NCBI GenBank assembly: GCA_944381365.1
Contig: CALWKW010000008.1
Coordinates: 2,914 to 66,913, forward strand
Direction: 5' to 3'
Origin: an uncultured Christensenellaceae bacterium
GTDB lineage: Bacteria; Bacillota; Clostridia; Christensenellales; UBA3700
Length of the DNA stretch: 64,000 nt
This document shows positions 18,225 to 27,893 of the stretch, piece after piece (the stretch's first letter is position 1; each line of letters starts with the position of its first letter). The notes under the pieces are model-generated. The model made no database searches. It was not told the origin of the DNA and worked only from the letters and a program-made list of their open reading frames with translations. The translations under genes and the position numbers were made by a program.

Positions 18225-18316
18225 AGTTTTTGCCTCCTAGCAATCGTGGTATTATCGAGATACAATTAAAAGATTTTTGCACCTCTCCCAAGTCATAAAT
18301 GACTGTTGTTGATAAA

Positions 18317-18862
18317 TTATAATTTTTCTATTTGACCGAAGTCGAGTTCGACCGTAGTCTCTCTGCCAAACATCATTACCGTAACCTTTACTTTTTCGAT
18401 ATCGGTTTTGATTTCCTTTACCTCGCCCATAAAGCCTTGCAAAGGACCGCTGAGAATGTTGATATGGTCTCCGACATTGATCTTAAGATCGTCAATAGTA
18501 ATCTTTTCAAGCTGAGTACGCTTTACTTCCTCATCGCTCATAGGAATAGGTTTGCCGTCATATCCGCTACAAAAATCTTTGATACCTCTAGTATTTTTTA
18601 CAAGGAACCAGATTTGTTTTGTATAAATCATTTTGATAAAGATATAGTTGGGATATTTTTTACGCATTACGACTTTTTTCTTGCCGTTGCGTTCTACTAT
18701 CTCTTCTTCTTCAGGCACTACGATATCAAAAATGAAATCTCCCAAGTTGTTGAGTTCTACAAGTTGATTGAGTGATGACTTGGCAATACTCTCGTATCCG
18801 TACTGTGTCTGCAAGATATACCATTTGGCATCTTGAGGAGTATATTTCTTTTCTTCTTCCAT
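18317..18862 (-). CDS. nusG: Transcription termination/antitermination factor NusG
   Basis: KWYILQTQYGYE (NGN domain) and a C-terminal KOW (GDHINILSGPLQGFMGEV). GGAG sits 6 nt before the ATG at 18862. The track start at 18868 abuts the SD, so the start could be either one. Confidence 0.9.
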   Translation of the reverse strand: MEEEKKYTPQDAKWYILQTQYGYESIAKSSLNQLVELNNLGDFIFDIVVPEEEEIVERNGKKKVVMRKKYPNYIFIKMIYTKQIWFLVKNTRGIKDFCSGYDGKPIPMSDEEVKRTQLEKITIDDLKINVGDHINILSGPLQGFMGEVKEIKTDIEKVKVTVMMFGRETTVELDFGQIEKL

Positions 18863-18874
18863 AGTCATCTCCTA

Positions 18875-19219
18875 TTAATTACCGCCGCCTATGGAATGGT
18901 CCATCAAAAGTTTTACCAAAGACATGATACCATAGTCAAAAGCTGAAATAACAACCAAGAAAACAAATACAACTACCACAACAATACCGAACATGGATGC
19001 TGTCTTTTTAGCAGTAGGCCACGATACTTTTTTGAGCTCAGAAAACATTTCTTTAAAAGTTCTTCTGGCTTTAGAACCGTTGGCAGCTTTCTTGTCTTTG
19101 TTTTTTGACTTTTTATTCTCTTGAACGGCAGGCTTATTGTCGAATTCCGCATCCTTAAGGGGAGCATTGGAAACCAGACTCTCACCGGCAACCATTTGAT
19201 TTCTATTCTTCTTAGCCAT
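18875..19219 (-). CDS. secE: Preprotein translocase subunit SecE with ~55 aa basic N-terminal extension
   Basis: The C-terminal part FKEMFSELKKVSWPTAKKT plus one TM segment is a canonical SecE. A strong SD (AGGAG) precedes the ATG at 19219. No SD precedes the internal Met that would give a minimal SecE. Confidence 0.8.
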   Translation of the reverse strand: MAKKNRNQMVAGESLVSNAPLKDAEFDNKPAVQENKKSKNKDKKAANGSKARRTFKEMFSELKKVSWPTAKKTASMFGIVVVVVFVFLVVISAFDYGIMSLVKLLMDHSIGGGN

Positions 19220-19237
19220 GATAAGATCTCCTAAATA

Positions 19238-19387
19238 TTACTTGGTCTCTTTGTGCAATGTAGTCTTCTTACAGAATTTGCAATACTTTTTGATTTCCAA
19301 TCTGTCAGGAGTATTTTTCTTATTCTTATATGTGTCGTAATTGCGTTGTTTACATTCTGTACAAGCCAATGTAATTCTTGTTGTCAT
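19238..19387 (-). CDS. rpmG: 50S ribosomal protein L33
   Basis: Below the ORF-track length cutoff. Hand translation gives [49 protein letters not shown] (49 aa, CxxC..CxxC). SD is GGAGGAG. Confidence 0.9.
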   Translation of the reverse strand: MTTRITLACTECKQRNYDTYKNKKNTPDRLEIKKYCKFCKKTTLHKETK

Positions 19388-19434
19388 TGAACGACTCCTC
19401 CAAAAAAATTACACCTCATAGTAGGTGCTTATAC

Positions 19435-19463
19435 ATTGTAGCACAACACATGAGGTGTGTCAA
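19435..19463 (-). promoter_or_regulatory. Consensus sigma-A promoter of rpmG-secE-nusG-rplKA: TTGACA-17-TACAAT
   Basis: Minus strand reads TTGACA (19463-19458), an exactly 17-nt spacer, then TACAAT (19440-19435), about 48 nt upstream of the rpmG ATG. Confidence 0.6.
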
Positions 19464-19542
19464 TTAATTTTTTATCAATTTTATTATATTTATAAATAAA
19501 AGACTGAGTTTTTTATTCAATAGATGTCAATATCGGCAAAAA

Positions 19543-20496
19543 TCAGATATTTGCAACATCGTCATTTGCAAATGCACCTTGAGGAACATCCTTGAGTTTT
19601 TTATAAACTTGCTTATTTCTCTCTTTTTTCATCTTTTTGATTTCGTCTTTTCTATCAAACTGCTCTTGATAGATAGGCTTGAAAGAAGCGAGCTTAGGAC
19701 TAAACTTCTTCATGAGATTTCCTGTCATTTTGCAAGTAGTAGCAGGACAAACTCTCATACCGAAGTCCATAAGTCTTGCTACTCCGTCTGTCACGACTCT
19801 TGTCTTGCCTTTTCTTATAGCTTTAACTATTCTCTTACCAGCAGTCTGAGCAGTAATACCTACGCTCTCTACCAAAGAATCGGCTTTAGGACCGCTTTCG
19901 CCTTCTCTTGCCTTATAAATATCAGTCTTTACAGGACCGGGCATTACGCAAGAAACGCCAATGCCGAAGCCTCTCAATTCCTGAGCAAGACATTCTGTCA
20001 ATGCCCAAACTCCGCCTTTTGTAGCAGAATAGATACTCTCACCGCCGACAGGCAAAATTGCAGAAGCACTTGCCACATTGCAGATATATCCGTACTTTGA
20101 TTTTTTGATTGTAGGAAGCATAGCCTTACAAGAATAAACCACACTCAAAAGATTGGTATCGACCACCTTCTTAATTTGATCGTCTGTGAGGTCATTAAAC
20201 TGACCGAAAGGCTGAATCATACCTGCGTTGTTGATAAGTATATCTGTCATAAAGCCCATATCTTCGAGCTCTTTGGCAAAATTCTTCCAATCATCGAGTG
20301 ATGAAATATTGATGCGGCGATAGCTGAATTTGTCGCCGAGTTCTTTTTTCAATTCATCGAGTTTTGCTTTGTTTCTTGCAATACCCATGACATTGCAACC
20401 GTATTTCTTTACCAAAATCAACAAAATTTCTTTGCCCATACCGGTAGAACAACCTGTCAAAACGACATTTCTACCATACAACCATTTACTTGTCAT
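19543..20496 (-). CDS. SDR family oxidoreductase with Lys-rich C-terminal extension
   Basis: VVLTGCSTGMGKE (TGxxxGxG), NNAG and YSATK catalytic motifs are present. Confidence 0.85.
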   Translation of the reverse strand: MTSKWLYGRNVVLTGCSTGMGKEILLILVKKYGCNVMGIARNKAKLDELKKELGDKFSYRRINISSLDDWKNFAKELEDMGFMTDILINNAGMIQPFGQFNDLTDDQIKKVVDTNLLSVVYSCKAMLPTIKKSKYGYICNVASASAILPVGGESIYSATKGGVWALTECLAQELRGFGIGVSCVMPGPVKTDIYKAREGESGPKADSLVESVGITAQTAGKRIVKAIRKGKTRVVTDGVARLMDFGMRVCPATTCKMTGNLMKKFSPKLASFKPIYQEQFDRKDEIKKMKKERNKQVYKKLKDVPQGAFANDDVANI

Positions 20497-20562
20497 ATTC
20501 TCACCTTTTACCTGTCTGTACTTGTCTTTTAAATCATAGCTAATCTATAATTTAACGATATT

Positions 20563-20591
20563 ATTTTAATATATTATTTAATGTTTGTCAA
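20563..20591 (-). promoter_or_regulatory. Candidate promoter of the SDR gene: TTGACA-17-TAAAAT
   Basis: Minus strand reads TTGACA (20591-20586), a 17-nt spacer, then TAAAAT (20568-20563). Confidence 0.4.
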
Positions 20592-20853
20592 GATAAAATA
20601 AGCGATAGAAAGTGCTGTAAAACATACCTTTTTAAATTATAATTATCAGTATAATATTATATCAAAAAAACAAATTCAAAGCAAAATTTAATCACTTAAC
20701 TGCTTTTATTAGATAAAGCATAATATCCATTTTCTATGGCATTTTTAATCGATATAAATATTGCCATATATTTTAATCATTTCAACTATAAGCCATAAAT
20801 AATTTCTTTTATAATATACTCACCTTTTCAAGTAGTGTTTTTCAGATACAGAT

Positions 20854-20886
20854 AAAAAAAGAAGGCATCTTTCGATACCTTCTTTT
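20854..20886 (-). terminator. Rho-independent terminator of tuf
   Basis: Minus strand reads gaaggtatc-gaaa-gatgccttc (one G:U pair) followed by ttttttt. Confidence 0.7.
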
Positions 20887-20904
20887 ATCAAGTCTTTTGA
20901 CTTA

Positions 20905-22107
20905 TTATTCCATGATCTTAGCAACGACACCGGAACCAACTGTTCTACCACCTTCACGGATAGCAAAACGCAAACCTTCTTCGATAGCGATAGGTGTGAT
21001 AAGTGTAACATCCATATTGATGTTGTCACCAGGCATAACCATTTCTACGCCATCGGGCAATTTGATGGAACCTGTAACGTCAGTTGTTCTGAAGTAGAAC
21101 TGAGGACGATATCCGTTGAAGAAAGGTGTATGACGACCACCTTCGTCCTTTGTCAATATGTATACTTGAGAAGCAAACTTTGTGTGGGGATTGATTGTAC
21201 CGGGCTTAGCAAGTACTTGACCTCTTTCAATACCCTTTCTGTCGATACCACGGAGCAAAGCACCTACGTTGTCGCCTGCATAAGCTTCATCAAGGAGCTT
21301 TCTGAACATTTCAAGACCTGTGATAACTGTATCAGTAGTAGGTTTGATACCAACGATTTGAACCTTATCTTGTACCTTAACAACACCTCTTTCTACTCTA
21401 CCAGTAGCAACAGTACCTCTACCTGTGATTGTGAATACATCTTCAACAGGCATCAAGAAAGGCTTTTCTGTATCACGCTCAGGAGCGGGAATGTAAGCAT
21501 CAACAGCATCGAGAAGTTCTTGGATGCAGTTGCAAGCAGGATCAGAAATGTTGCCATTGGAAGCAGCTTCCAAAGCGAGGAGTGCAGAACCCTTAATAAT
21601 AGGTGTATCATCACCAGGGAAACCGTATTCGCTCAAGAGTTCTCTGATTTCCATTTCAACGAGTTCGAGCAATTCGGGATCGTCAACTTGGTCAGTCTTG
21701 TTCATGAATACTACGATATAAGGAACGCCTACCTGACGAGCAAGCAAGATGTGTTCTCTTGTTTGGGGCATGGGACCATCAGTAGAAGCAACTACCAAGA
21801 TAGCACCATCCATCTGAGCAGCACCGGTGATCATGTTCTTTACATAGTCAGCGTGTCCGGGGCAGTCAACGTGAGCGTAGTGACGCTTTTCTGTTTCGTA
21901 CTCAACGTGAGCAGTATTGATTGTAATACCTCTTTCCTTCTCTTCGGGAGCCTTATCGATTTCATCGTATCTCATTTTTTGAGCAAAGCCCTTAGCTGCG
22001 GAATACATTGTAATAGCGGCTGTAAGAGTTGTCTTACCATGGTCTACGTGACCAATTGTACCGATATTTACGTGGGGTTTAGTTCTTTCGAATTTAGCCT
22101 TAGACAT
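20905..22107 (-). CDS. tuf: Elongation factor Tu
   Basis: [28 protein letters not shown].., DCPGHADY and NKTD motifs are present. Confidence 0.97.
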   Translation of the reverse strand: MSKAKFERTKPHVNIGTIGHVDHGKTTLTAAITMYSAAKGFAQKMRYDEIDKAPEEKERGITINTAHVEYETEKRHYAHVDCPGHADYVKNMITGAAQMDGAILVVASTDGPMPQTREHILLARQVGVPYIVVFMNKTDQVDDPELLELVEMEIRELLSEYGFPGDDTPIIKGSALLALEAASNGNISDPACNCIQELLDAVDAYIPAPERDTEKPFLMPVEDVFTITGRGTVATGRVERGVVKVQDKVQIVGIKPTTDTVITGLEMFRKLLDEAYAGDNVGALLRGIDRKGIERGQVLAKPGTINPHTKFASQVYILTKDEGGRHTPFFNGYRPQFYFRTTDVTGSIKLPDGVEMVMPGDNINMDVTLITPIAIEEGLRFAIREGGRTVGSGVVAKIME

Positions 22108-22167
22108 AGTGTTAAATATCCTCCTAGTAATATAAAAATGAATTAGTCTTTTTTATTAACCTTTTTT

Positions 22168-22196
22168 ATTTTATAATGTTTTTATAGTTTTGTCAA
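22168..22196 (-). promoter_or_regulatory. Candidate internal promoter for tuf: TTGACA-17-TAAAAT
   Basis: Minus strand reads TTGACA (22196-22191), a 17-nt spacer, then TAAAAT (22173-22168), in the fusA-tuf spacer. Confidence 0.4.
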
Positions 22197-22221
22197 CATT
22201 TATTTATATTTTAAATAAATA

Positions 22222-24318
22222 TTAGTCTTTCTTTGCTCTTGCACCGATAATCTTTTCAGCTACTGACTTAGGTACTTCTGCATAGTGATCAAACTGCATT
22301 ACGAAGTTACCACGACCTTGTGTAGAGCCTCTGAGGTCTGTTGCATAACCGAACATTTCTGCCAAAGGTACATCGGCATCAACTACCTGAACGCCGTTTC
22401 TCTCTTCAGTAGTCTTAATAGTACCACGACGAGATGTTACGCTACCCAAGATAGTACCGAGGTACTCTTCGGGAGCCTGAACTTCAACGCTCATGATAGG
22501 TTCGAGAAGTACGGGATTAGCCTTAGCAGCACCGTCCTTGAATGCCATTGAGCCTGCGATCTTAAATGCCATTTCTGAGGAGTCAACTTCGTGGTAGCTA
22601 CCATCCATCAAATCGATGTTGAAGTCAACCATTTCATAACCAGCAAGGATACCGCCCTTTGCAGCTTCTCTGATACCGGCTTCAACAGCAGGGATATATT
22701 CCTTAGGAATGCTACCGCCAACTGTCTTATCAACGAATGTGACACCCTTGCCTGCTTCATTAGGAGAAAGAACGATTTTACAGTGACCGTATTGTCCCTT
22801 ACCACCGGACTGTCTCTTGAACAAGCCTTCTGCGTTTACTTCCTTACGGATTGTCTCACGGTATGCTACTTGAGGGTTGCCGACATTTGCTTCGACTTTG
22901 AATTCTCTACGCAATCTGTCTACGATAATATCGAGGTGCAACTCACCCATACCTGCGATAATAGTCTGACCTGTTTCCTGATCAGTATATGTCTTGAATG
23001 TAGGATCTTCTTCAGCAAGTTTTTGGAGAGCAAGACCCATCTTTTCCTGACCTGCTTTTGTCTTGGGCTCGATAGCGATCTGAATAACGGGATCGGGGAA
23101 GTCCATAGACTCGAGAATGATAGGAGCATTTTCATCACAGAGCGTATCGCCTGTGGTAGTATCTTTAAGACCTACGATAGCTACGATATCGCCTGCGTGT
23201 GCTTCATCTATTTCTGTACGGCTGTTTGCGTGCATTCTTACGAGACGACCTACTCTTTCTCTCTTGTCCTTTGTAGAGTTATAAACATAAGAGCCTTTTG
23301 TAAGAACACCTGAGTAAACTCTGAAGAAAGCCAACTTACCGATAAAAGGATCGGTAGCAATCTTAAATGCAAGACCGCTGAAAGATTCGTCATCGGATGA
23401 CTTACGAGTGACGATTGTTTCCTTATCGCCGGGAAGATGACCTTCGACATTGGGAACATCGGTAGGTGCAGGCAAATAGTCAACGATAGCATCGAGCAAA
23501 AGCTGAGTACCCTTGTTGCCCAAAGATGTACCACAGAAAGCAGGGGTAATCTTCATTTCGATTGTAGCCTTACGAACGATAGGCTTAATCATCTCTTTAG
23601 GCATAGCCTCAACACTGATATCTCCCTCGAAGAACTTCTCCATGAGTTCGTCATCGAACTCAGCGATTTTCTCGATAAGATTTGATCTTGCTTCTTCAGC
23701 TTCAGCAAGTATTTCTGCGGGGATTTCCTTTTCTGTAAGGATTTCGCCGTTCTTGCCTTCGTTGTAATAAGCCTTCATTGTCAACAAGTCAACGATACCT
23801 TTGAAGTTCTTTTCAGCACCGATAGGATATTGCATAGCAACAGCATTTGCATTAAGTCTCTTGTTCATCATATCGATTGTTCTGAAATAACTTGCATCGT
23901 CTTTGTCCATCTTATTTACGAATGCGATTCTGGGTACATGATACTTTGTAGCCTGTCTCCAAACTGTTTCGGATTGAGGTTCTACACCGCCTCTTGCACA
24001 GAACAATGCTACTGCACCGTCAAGGATACGCAACGAACGCTCAACTTCAACCGTGAAGTCAACGTGTCCGGGGGTATCGATCAAGTTGATGCAAGTACCC
24101 TTCCAGTGAGTAGTAGTAGCAGCGGAAGTGATAGTAATACCTCTTTCCTGCTCCTGTTCCATCCAGTCCATGGTAGCAGCACCTTCGTGTACTTCACCGA
24201 TCTTGTGATTGATACCTGTATAGAACAAAATTCTCTCACTTGTAGTAGTCTTACCGGCATCGATGTGAGCCATGATACCGATATTTCTGGTATTTTCCAA
24301 AGAATATTCTCTAGCCAT
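22222..24318 (-). CDS. fusA: Elongation factor G
   Basis: [28 protein letters not shown] and NKMD motifs; 698 aa. Confidence 0.97.
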   Translation of the reverse strand: MAREYSLENTRNIGIMAHIDAGKTTTSERILFYTGINHKIGEVHEGAATMDWMEQEQERGITITSAATTTHWKGTCINLIDTPGHVDFTVEVERSLRILDGAVALFCARGGVEPQSETVWRQATKYHVPRIAFVNKMDKDDASYFRTIDMMNKRLNANAVAMQYPIGAEKNFKGIVDLLTMKAYYNEGKNGEILTEKEIPAEILAEAEEARSNLIEKIAEFDDELMEKFFEGDISVEAMPKEMIKPIVRKATIEMKITPAFCGTSLGNKGTQLLLDAIVDYLPAPTDVPNVEGHLPGDKETIVTRKSSDDESFSGLAFKIATDPFIGKLAFFRVYSGVLTKGSYVYNSTKDKRERVGRLVRMHANSRTEIDEAHAGDIVAIVGLKDTTTGDTLCDENAPIILESMDFPDPVIQIAIEPKTKAGQEKMGLALQKLAEEDPTFKTYTDQETGQTIIAGMGELHLDIIVDRLRREFKVEANVGNPQVAYRETIRKEVNAEGLFKRQSGGKGQYGHCKIVLSPNEAGKGVTFVDKTVGGSIPKEYIPAVEAGIREAAKGGILAGYEMVDFNIDLMDGSYHEVDSSEMAFKIAGSMAFKDGAAKANPVLLEPIMSVEVQAPEEYLGTILGSVTSRRGTIKTTEERNGVQVVDADVPLAEMFGYATDLRGSTQGRGNFVMQFDHYAEVPKSVAEKIIGARAKKD

Positions 24319-24351
24319 TTTGTACCTCTTCTAAAAATGTGCGTGGTAATA

Positions 24352-24840
<489 letters not shown>

Positions 24841-24884
24841 TTAGATTGTGAATAAATGATTACATCCGACTAAATAGGCAATGC

Positions 24885-25256
24885 TTATTTAGGTCTCTTT
24901 GCGCCATACTTAGATCTTGCCTGCATTCTCTTCGCAACACCAGCGCTATCCAAGGTACCACGAATAATGTGATATCTTACGCCAGGCAAATCTCTTACTC
25001 TTCCGCCTCTGATAAGAACGACACTGTGCTCTTGCAAGTTGTGGCCGATACCGGGGATATAAATGGTACCCTCAAGACCGTTTACAAGACGAACTCTGGC
25101 AATCTTTCTCAAAGCTGAGTTAGGCTTTTTAGGAGAAGTTGTGGTAACAGAAAGACAAACACCTCTTTTCTGAGGGTTTTTCTGCATGATAGGAGCAGTA
25201 GACTTTGATACCTGCTTCTCACGACCTTGCCTGATTAATTGATTGATTGTGGGCAT
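24885..25256 (-). CDS. rpsL: 30S ribosomal protein S12
   Basis: [14 protein letters not shown].. begins at the ATG at 25256, behind AGGAGG. The upstream extension in the track is not credible. Confidence 0.95.
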   Translation of the reverse strand: MPTINQLIRQGREKQVSKSTAPIMQKNPQKRGVCLSVTTTSPKKPNSALRKIARVRLVNGLEGTIYIPGIGHNLQEHSVVLIRGGRVRDLPGVRYHIIRGTLDSAGVAKRMQARSKYGAKRPK

Positions 25257-25332
25257 TTTGCTAACCTCCTGTGAAAATTTGTCGGATGAGTTATCCAGCA
25301 ACCCTGAAGGATAATCTCATATTTATTTGACT

Positions 25333-25359
25333 AAAAACCGTCACACCCACGGTTTTTTT
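25333..25359. terminator. Terminator-like hairpin in the tsaD-rpsL spacer (tsaD terminator or S12-operon leader attenuator)
   Basis: aaaaa-aaccgt-cacaccc-acggtt-ttttt, flanked by an A-run and a T-run. Confidence 0.5.
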
Positions 25360-25405
25360 GTGCAAAAGGATTGCATACGAGTAGCATTTTACTCATAGCA
25401 TAACT

Positions 25406-25434
25406 ATTTTATATGTAATTAAATTTTTAGTCAA
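25406..25434 (-). promoter_or_regulatory. Candidate promoter of the rpsL operon: TTGACT-17-TAAAAT
   Basis: Minus strand reads TTGACT (25434-25429), a 17-nt spacer, then TAAAAT (25411-25406). Confidence 0.4.
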
Positions 25435-25600
25435 GCATTTAATTTAAGTTTTTCAAATATTTATATAAAATAAGCTTATATTTATAAGCATTATATTAAA
25501 ATTTAACCAAACTTTCTGATTTTATCACATTTATACGATAATATTGATAAATAAATATTATATAATATATAATTTTTATCGTATTTTATTTATAAAATTT

Positions 25601-26662
25601 TTATTCCCAAACTCTCAAATCCGCTTTTGCGTCTATATCTATATCGCTAGCTTTTGCTCCGCTCTTTATCATATTGTAAGCCTGCGATGCTATCATAGCT
25701 CCGTTGTCTGTGCAAAGTATCATAGGAGGATAATATACTTCTATGCCCAAAGTCTTTGCTCTTGACGACATCTTTTGTCTCAAAACTCCGTTTGCCCCTA
25801 CTCCTCCTGCGATAACTACCGTCTTGACATTCATATCTTTGGCACAACGCAAAGTATTGTTGACCATAATATCAGTCACTTTTTCCTGAAATGAACAAGC
25901 CAAGTCTTCTCTCGATATCTTTTCGCCTTTTTGCTCGGCTTTATGAACATAATTGATGACTGCCGTCTTTATGCCGCTGTAAGAAAAATCATAAGTCTCT
26001 TTATCCTTATAAGGAGTGGGCAATTCTATCGTGGGGTTTCCGCCTTTTGCGAGTTTTTCTATCTGAGGTCCCCCGGGATAAGGAAGTCCCAGCACTCTTG
26101 CCACCTTGTCAAAAGCTTCTCCGCACGCATCGTCCTGCGTAGTGCCTTTTATCTCCACTTCTTCAAGCGACTTCACATAAGCGATAGTCGTATGTCCGCC
26201 GCTTGCAATAAGACAAAGATAAGGGGGATTAAGGTCGGGTTTTGCGATATAGTTTGCTGCGATATGCCCTTTGATATGGTTTACTGCAATAAGAGGTTTT
26301 TTGGTGGCATAGGCAAGAGCCTTTGCATAAGACACCCCCACAAGCAATGCTCCCAAAAGTCCCGCTCCGTAAGTGACGGCAATACAATCTATATCGTCAA
26401 GCGTCATATTTGCTTTTTCAAGAGCTTCTTTCATCACATTGTCGATAGCAAGCGTATGATTTCTCGAAGCTATCTCGGGCACTACTCCGCCAAATCTCTT
26501 GTGAATTTCTATCTGCGAAGCGATAGCATTTGCCAACAATTCTCTGCCACGGGTAATTGCCACCGCAGTTTCATCGCACGAGCTTTCTATCGCAAGTATT
26601 ACGATATCGTCCTTTTTTCTTATTTCTTCAAGTTTTTTGTTGGCTATATCTATATATTTCAT
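25601..26662 (-). CDS. tsaD: tRNA N6-adenosine threonylcarbamoyltransferase TsaD (Kae1/Gcp family)
   Basis: ILAIESSCDETAVAI, NHIKGHI and GGVGANGVLR are typical of TsaD. Confidence 0.9.
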   Translation of the reverse strand: MKYIDIANKKLEEIRKKDDIVILAIESSCDETAVAITRGRELLANAIASQIEIHKRFGGVVPEIASRNHTLAIDNVMKEALEKANMTLDDIDCIAVTYGAGLLGALLVGVSYAKALAYATKKPLIAVNHIKGHIAANYIAKPDLNPPYLCLIASGGHTTIAYVKSLEEVEIKGTTQDDACGEAFDKVARVLGLPYPGGPQIEKLAKGGNPTIELPTPYKDKETYDFSYSGIKTAVINYVHKAEQKGEKISREDLACSFQEKVTDIMVNNTLRCAKDMNVKTVVIAGGVGANGVLRQKMSSRAKTLGIEVYYPPMILCTDNGAMIASQAYNMIKSGAKASDIDIDAKADLRVWE

Positions 26663-26726
26663 AATTCTTTGGCTCTTGTATTTTTCCTTAAATTATGCCC
26701 GATGTAATTTTTTGATTATTTGATGA

Positions 26727-27827
26727 TTAGTTTGCCTTTTTGAGATAATCGAATATAAACTGCTCGATATCTCCGTCCATTACTGCCGAAATATTTCCCG
26801 TTTCGCATCCCGTACGGTGGTCTTTTACCATTGTATAAGGACAGAATACATAGCTTCGTATCTGGCTGCCCCATTCAATCTTTTTGAGATCACCCTTGAG
26901 TTCTGTCTCTTTTTCGAGTCTTTCTCTCTCTTGCTTTTCTATGAGTTTTGATACGAGCATTGCCATAGCTTGTTCTCTGTTCTGAATCTGGCTTCGCTCA
27001 TTCTGACACTGAACTATTATACCTGTGGGAATATGTGTGATTCTGATAGCACTTTCTGTCTTGTTTACATGCTGTCCGCCCGCACCGCCGCTTCGATAAG
27101 TATCTATCTTCAAGTCTTCGGGGTTGATTTTTATCTCATTCTGATTTTCTATCTCAGGCATGACTTCGAGAGAAGCAAACGAGGTATGTCTTCTTGCGTT
27201 GGCATCGAAAGGCGATATTCTTACAAGTCTGTGCACTCCCTTTTCTGCTTTGAGATATCCATAGGCATTTTCGCCGATGACCTTGAAAGTGACGCTTTTT
27301 ATACCTGCTTCATCGCCTGCGAGTTTGTCAAGTTCTACCACCTTATATCCCACTCTTTCGGCATATCTTGTGTACATACGATACAACATACTTGCCCAAT
27401 CCTGTGCTTCCGTACCGCCTGCACCTGCATGCAATGTAAGAATAGCATTGTTTGCATCGTATTTGCCTTTTAAAAGCGTCTCGAGTTTTAAAGCTTCTAC
27501 TGCATCTGAAAAGTCATTGAGCTCTTTTTGAAGCTCTTCCATTTCCTTTTCATCGTTTGTACCCTCTGTGAGTTCTATCAAAACCTCTAGGTCTTCTCCT
27601 CTCGAATAAAGCTTGTCATAATGCTTCATCTTGGATTCTATTCTACTGAGCTCTCTGTTGACTTTCTGTGCGTTTTCCATGTCATTCCAAAAATCTTCTT
27701 TGGACTGCTCGTGTTTTAGCTCTTCCGCTCTTTTTGCAAGTCCGTCATAATCGAGAGCTTCTTTGACTTCGGCAAGCGACTTGTTTATTCTGTCAGCTTC
27801 CCACTTTGCCTGTTCTATTGTTATCAT
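26727..27827 (-). CDS. prfB: Peptide chain release factor 2, uninterrupted (no +1 frameshift site)
   Basis: SPF (RISPFDA) and GGQ (SGGAGGQHVNKTESA) motifs are present. The region equivalent to the frameshift site reads GAA GCT CTC GAT TAT GAC, in frame. Confidence 0.92.
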   Translation of the reverse strand: MITIEQAKWEADRINKSLAEVKEALDYDGLAKRAEELKHEQSKEDFWNDMENAQKVNRELSRIESKMKHYDKLYSRGEDLEVLIELTEGTNDEKEMEELQKELNDFSDAVEALKLETLLKGKYDANNAILTLHAGAGGTEAQDWASMLYRMYTRYAERVGYKVVELDKLAGDEAGIKSVTFKVIGENAYGYLKAEKGVHRLVRISPFDANARRHTSFASLEVMPEIENQNEIKINPEDLKIDTYRSGGAGGQHVNKTESAIRITHIPTGIIVQCQNERSQIQNREQAMAMLVSKLIEKQERERLEKETELKGDLKKIEWGSQIRSYVFCPYTMVKDHRTGCETGNISAVMDGDIEQFIFDYLKKAN

Positions 27828-27893
27828 ACAAAATCTTTCTCCTGTTTTTTGTCCTTGAGCTTTTAAAAGCTCTTTTTGTCGGGAATTTCCCTT

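Noticed and set aside
20497-20904. A 400-bp AT-rich spacer between tuf and the SDR gene, including the 69-aa ORF 20820-21029. I scanned it for tRNA, sRNA or a missing rpsJ.
   Set aside because: I found no cloverleaf-capable sequence, no GC-rich stems other than the tuf terminator, and no ORF with an SD. The small ORF overlaps the tuf 3' end and its terminator. It looks like a plain promoter/terminator spacer.
21130-22146. 338-aa plus-strand ORF, plus similar long plus-strand ORFs at 22591-23313, 23830-24702, 37228-37971, 57786-58658, 61977-62819, 575-1138 and 3000-3557.
   Set aside because: All lie antisense to, and fully inside, strongly supported minus-strand genes (tuf, fusA, rpoC, the dehydrogenase, the sulfatase, addA). 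Their translations are low-complexity and Cys/Phe/Ser-rich, with no SD or motifs. They are shadow ORFs typical of AT-rich genomes.
27761-27767. The heptamer CTTTGAC, identical to the classical RF2 +1 frameshift site, occurs inside prfB.
   Set aside because: It is on the plus strand, while prfB is encoded on the minus strand, where this stretch reads GTCAAAG (V-K in frame). This is coincidence, not a recoding site.
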